Below are positions 62,156 through 64,000 of a DNA stretch of 64,000 nucleotides, piece after piece (positions within the stretch are counted from its first letter, which is position 1; every line of letters starts with the position of its first letter). Below the pieces are notes generated by a model. It saw only the letters and a list, made by a program, of their open reading frames with translations. It did not search any database and was not told where the DNA came from. This DNA is from a virus (taxonomy: Duplodnaviria > Caudoviricetes), in the IMG/VR virus record IMGVR_UViG_3300005937_000016, positions 2,425-66,424 of that record; one strand, 5' to 3'. Both the position numbers and the translations under genes were made by a program.

Positions 62156-64000
62156 ATGGCGACCCTGCTCCTGGAAGGTCCCTGCCCCACCCCACCGCCC
62201 GCACCGGTCGCACCGGTCGCACCGCCCGCACCGGTCGGCACGGCCACGCTTGTGCTCGTGCTCTCGCCCGTACGGGCCCCAGATGGCTCCTGGCGTGTCG
62301 CGCGTCGCTCGGTAGACGCTGGACAGACGATTGCAGCCAGTCTGCCCGCACGCCAGGAGTGGGCGCGGGTCATCTGGAATGGCGGCGTGGTACCGCCGGA
62401 GCAGTGGGACACGGTGACGGTGCAGGACGGCGATGAAGTCTGGGCCATCCCCCAGGTGGGGGATCCGGTCGTTACGCCGTTTCTGATCTATGCGGCGGTC
62501 GGTCTGGCCGTGAGCATTGCCGCAACGGCCCTGACCTATGTGCTGTTCCCGCCGGCCAAGCCCCACATGTCACAGCCGCCCGATGAGCATACCTTCTCGT
62601 TTGCCGGGATCACGACAGCCGTTGGCCCCGGCAATGTGGTCCCCGTCATCTATGGGCGCCACCGCGTCGGCGGGCAACTCCTCTCGGCGTCGGTGGATCA
62701 GGTCCTCCAGGTGCAGGATGCCGGGCCGGGCAGTGTCTACCGCGTCTCCGCCCTGAGTGAACCCCCCCGCCTCAGCATGCTCATTGCCTTGGGCGAAGGG
62801 CCGATTGAGAGCATTGATTACGGCGGCCTGGAACTGAACGGCCAGCTCGTCACGAATTACCAGGGGGTCGAACTGGACGGACGGCTCGGGACGCCGGATC
62901 AGACGGCCATGCCCTTTTTCTCGGAGACGCGCAACACCTTTGCCGATGGGCGCCAACTCCCGGATAATAGCGGCAATACCGATAATCAGATCTTGTATAC
63001 GACGACGAGTGCCGTGGATGCCGTGGTCCTCAATGTCGTGTTTAATGAAGGCCTGTTTAACGTCAACGGGAAGGGGGAAAAAGAGGACAACACCGTCACC
63101 GTCAGTTATCGGCTGAAGCCGTTTGGCGAGCCGACCTGGCCGGCCTGGTCCCTCTTTGACGTCAGCGCCCAGCGCACCGCGCCCGTGCGCTTTGGCATCC
63201 GGAGGGACAATCTGCCGCACGCGCAGTACGATGTCGCCTTAGCCTATGGCAATCCGCGCCATAGTGATGAACTCAAAGCGAAGTTTAAGCCCACGTTGGA
63301 AAACGTCACCGAGATTCAAAACGGCGTGCAGAACTATCCCAATACCGCCCTCCTGGGGATTCGTGCCGTCGCGACGGATGCCCTCCAGGGGGCGCTGCCG
63401 AATGTCACGGTCGCGGTGAATGGGCGCAAGGTCCGGCAAGGCACCTTGAGCAACGTCGAAGCCTGGACGGACAATCCGGCCTGGGCGGTGATGGATTTTT
63501 TGACGAACCGCCGCTATGGGTTGGGGATTCCCGATGCGGAGATTGACTTGTTTGCCTTTGCGCAATGGGCGGCCTACAATGACGAGCCCATCGCCGGCGA
63601 AAAGCGGCACACGTTTAACTATGTCCTCGACCGCGATACCCGGGCGCAAAGCCTTCTCCTCGAAATGATGGGAGGCTCCCGGACCTTGCTCCTCAAAGCG
63701 GGCGGCCTGTGGACGCCCCGCCCGACGCGCAATGATCCCCCCGTGCAACTCCTGTCCTGGGCCACGTGCTCCAACCTGCGCATTACGTATACGCGGGATG
63801 CGGACCGCATCAACGTGATGGAGGCGCGGTTTGCCAACGAAGACGCGAAGTTTGAACAGGACGTCATGACCTGGCCTACGGTCGAGAACTGGCCGGCGGA
63901 GGTGCATAAAGCGTCCCTGGATATTCGCGGCGTGACCAAGCCCTCGCGGATTCAGCGGGCCCTCCAGTTTGAACTCAACCGACGCCAGTTTGAAAACTGC
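62156..64000 (+). CDS. Tail-tip protein (gpI+gpJ / TipJ-like), 3' truncated by the window
   Basis: Manual translation: ubiquitin-like V.DGDEV..IP, VPVIYG.HRVGG, LGEGPIESI, YP.TALLG, TDNPAW..MDFLTN.RYGLG; frame open to the window end. Confidence 0.9.
   Translation, partial: MATLLLEGPCPTPPPAPVAPVAPPAPVGTATLVLVLSPVRAPDGSWRVARRSVDAGQTIAASLPARQEWARVIWNGGVVPPEQWDTVTVQDGDEVWAIPQVGDPVVTPFLIYAAVGLAVSIAATALTYVLFPPAKPHMSQPPDEHTFSFAGITTAVGPGNVVPVIYGRHRVGGQLLSASVDQVLQVQDAGPGSVYRVSALSEPPRLSMLIALGEGPIESIDYGGLELNGQLVTNYQGVELDGRLGTPDQTAMPFFSETRNTFADGRQLPDNSGNTDNQILYTTTSAVDAVVLNVVFNEGLFNVNGKGEKEDNTVTVSYRLKPFGEPTWPAWSLFDVSAQRTAPVRFGIRRDNLPHAQYDVALAYGNPRHSDELKAKFKPTLENVTEIQNGVQNYPNTALLGIRAVATDALQGALPNVTVAVNGRKVRQGTLSNVEAWTDNPAWAVMDFLTNRRYGLGIPDAEIDLFAFAQWAAYNDEPIAGEKRHTFNYVLDRDTRAQSLLLEMMGGSRTLLLKAGGLWTPRPTRNDPPVQLLSWATCSNLRITYTRDADRINVMEARFANEDAKFEQDVMTWPTVENWPAEVHKASLDIRGVTKPSRIQRALQFELNRRQFENC

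Overview
The whole window is one high-GC temperate tailed-phage genome (lambdoid/siphovirus-type tail), apparently almost complete and circularly permuted. It opens in the C-terminus of a tail-tip protein and closes inside a TipJ-like gene, and no host genes are visible. Modules in order: tail fibre and secreted-protein cluster (1-11.4 kb); leftward early operon with replication genes, an iteron origin, an SF1 helicase and HNH genes (11.5-21.2 kb); cI/cro switch and tyrosine integrase; morons; terminase, portal and head genes; an AT-richer island (DGQHR protein, PD-(D/E)XK nuclease, ParB-methyltransferase); a second fibre/secreted cluster; neck, tube, chaperone, tape measure and tail-tip genes. 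The strongest novelty candidate is at 11560-12795: a stand-alone RAMP/Cas7-like gene directly preceded on the same strand by a 450-nt array of 75 hexamers (GGC-NN-C) that keeps register throughout, has no start codon of its own and follows a structured leader. This suggests a phage RNA-guided system with a non-contiguous guide code and no CRISPR array or other cas genes. Other unusual signals are about 13 signal-peptide proteins, near-cognate starts (ACG, ATA) on core tail genes, a prfB-like shifty stop, a tRNA-like element and repeated GGA-loop hairpins. All assignments come from reading motifs by eye; no database search was run.
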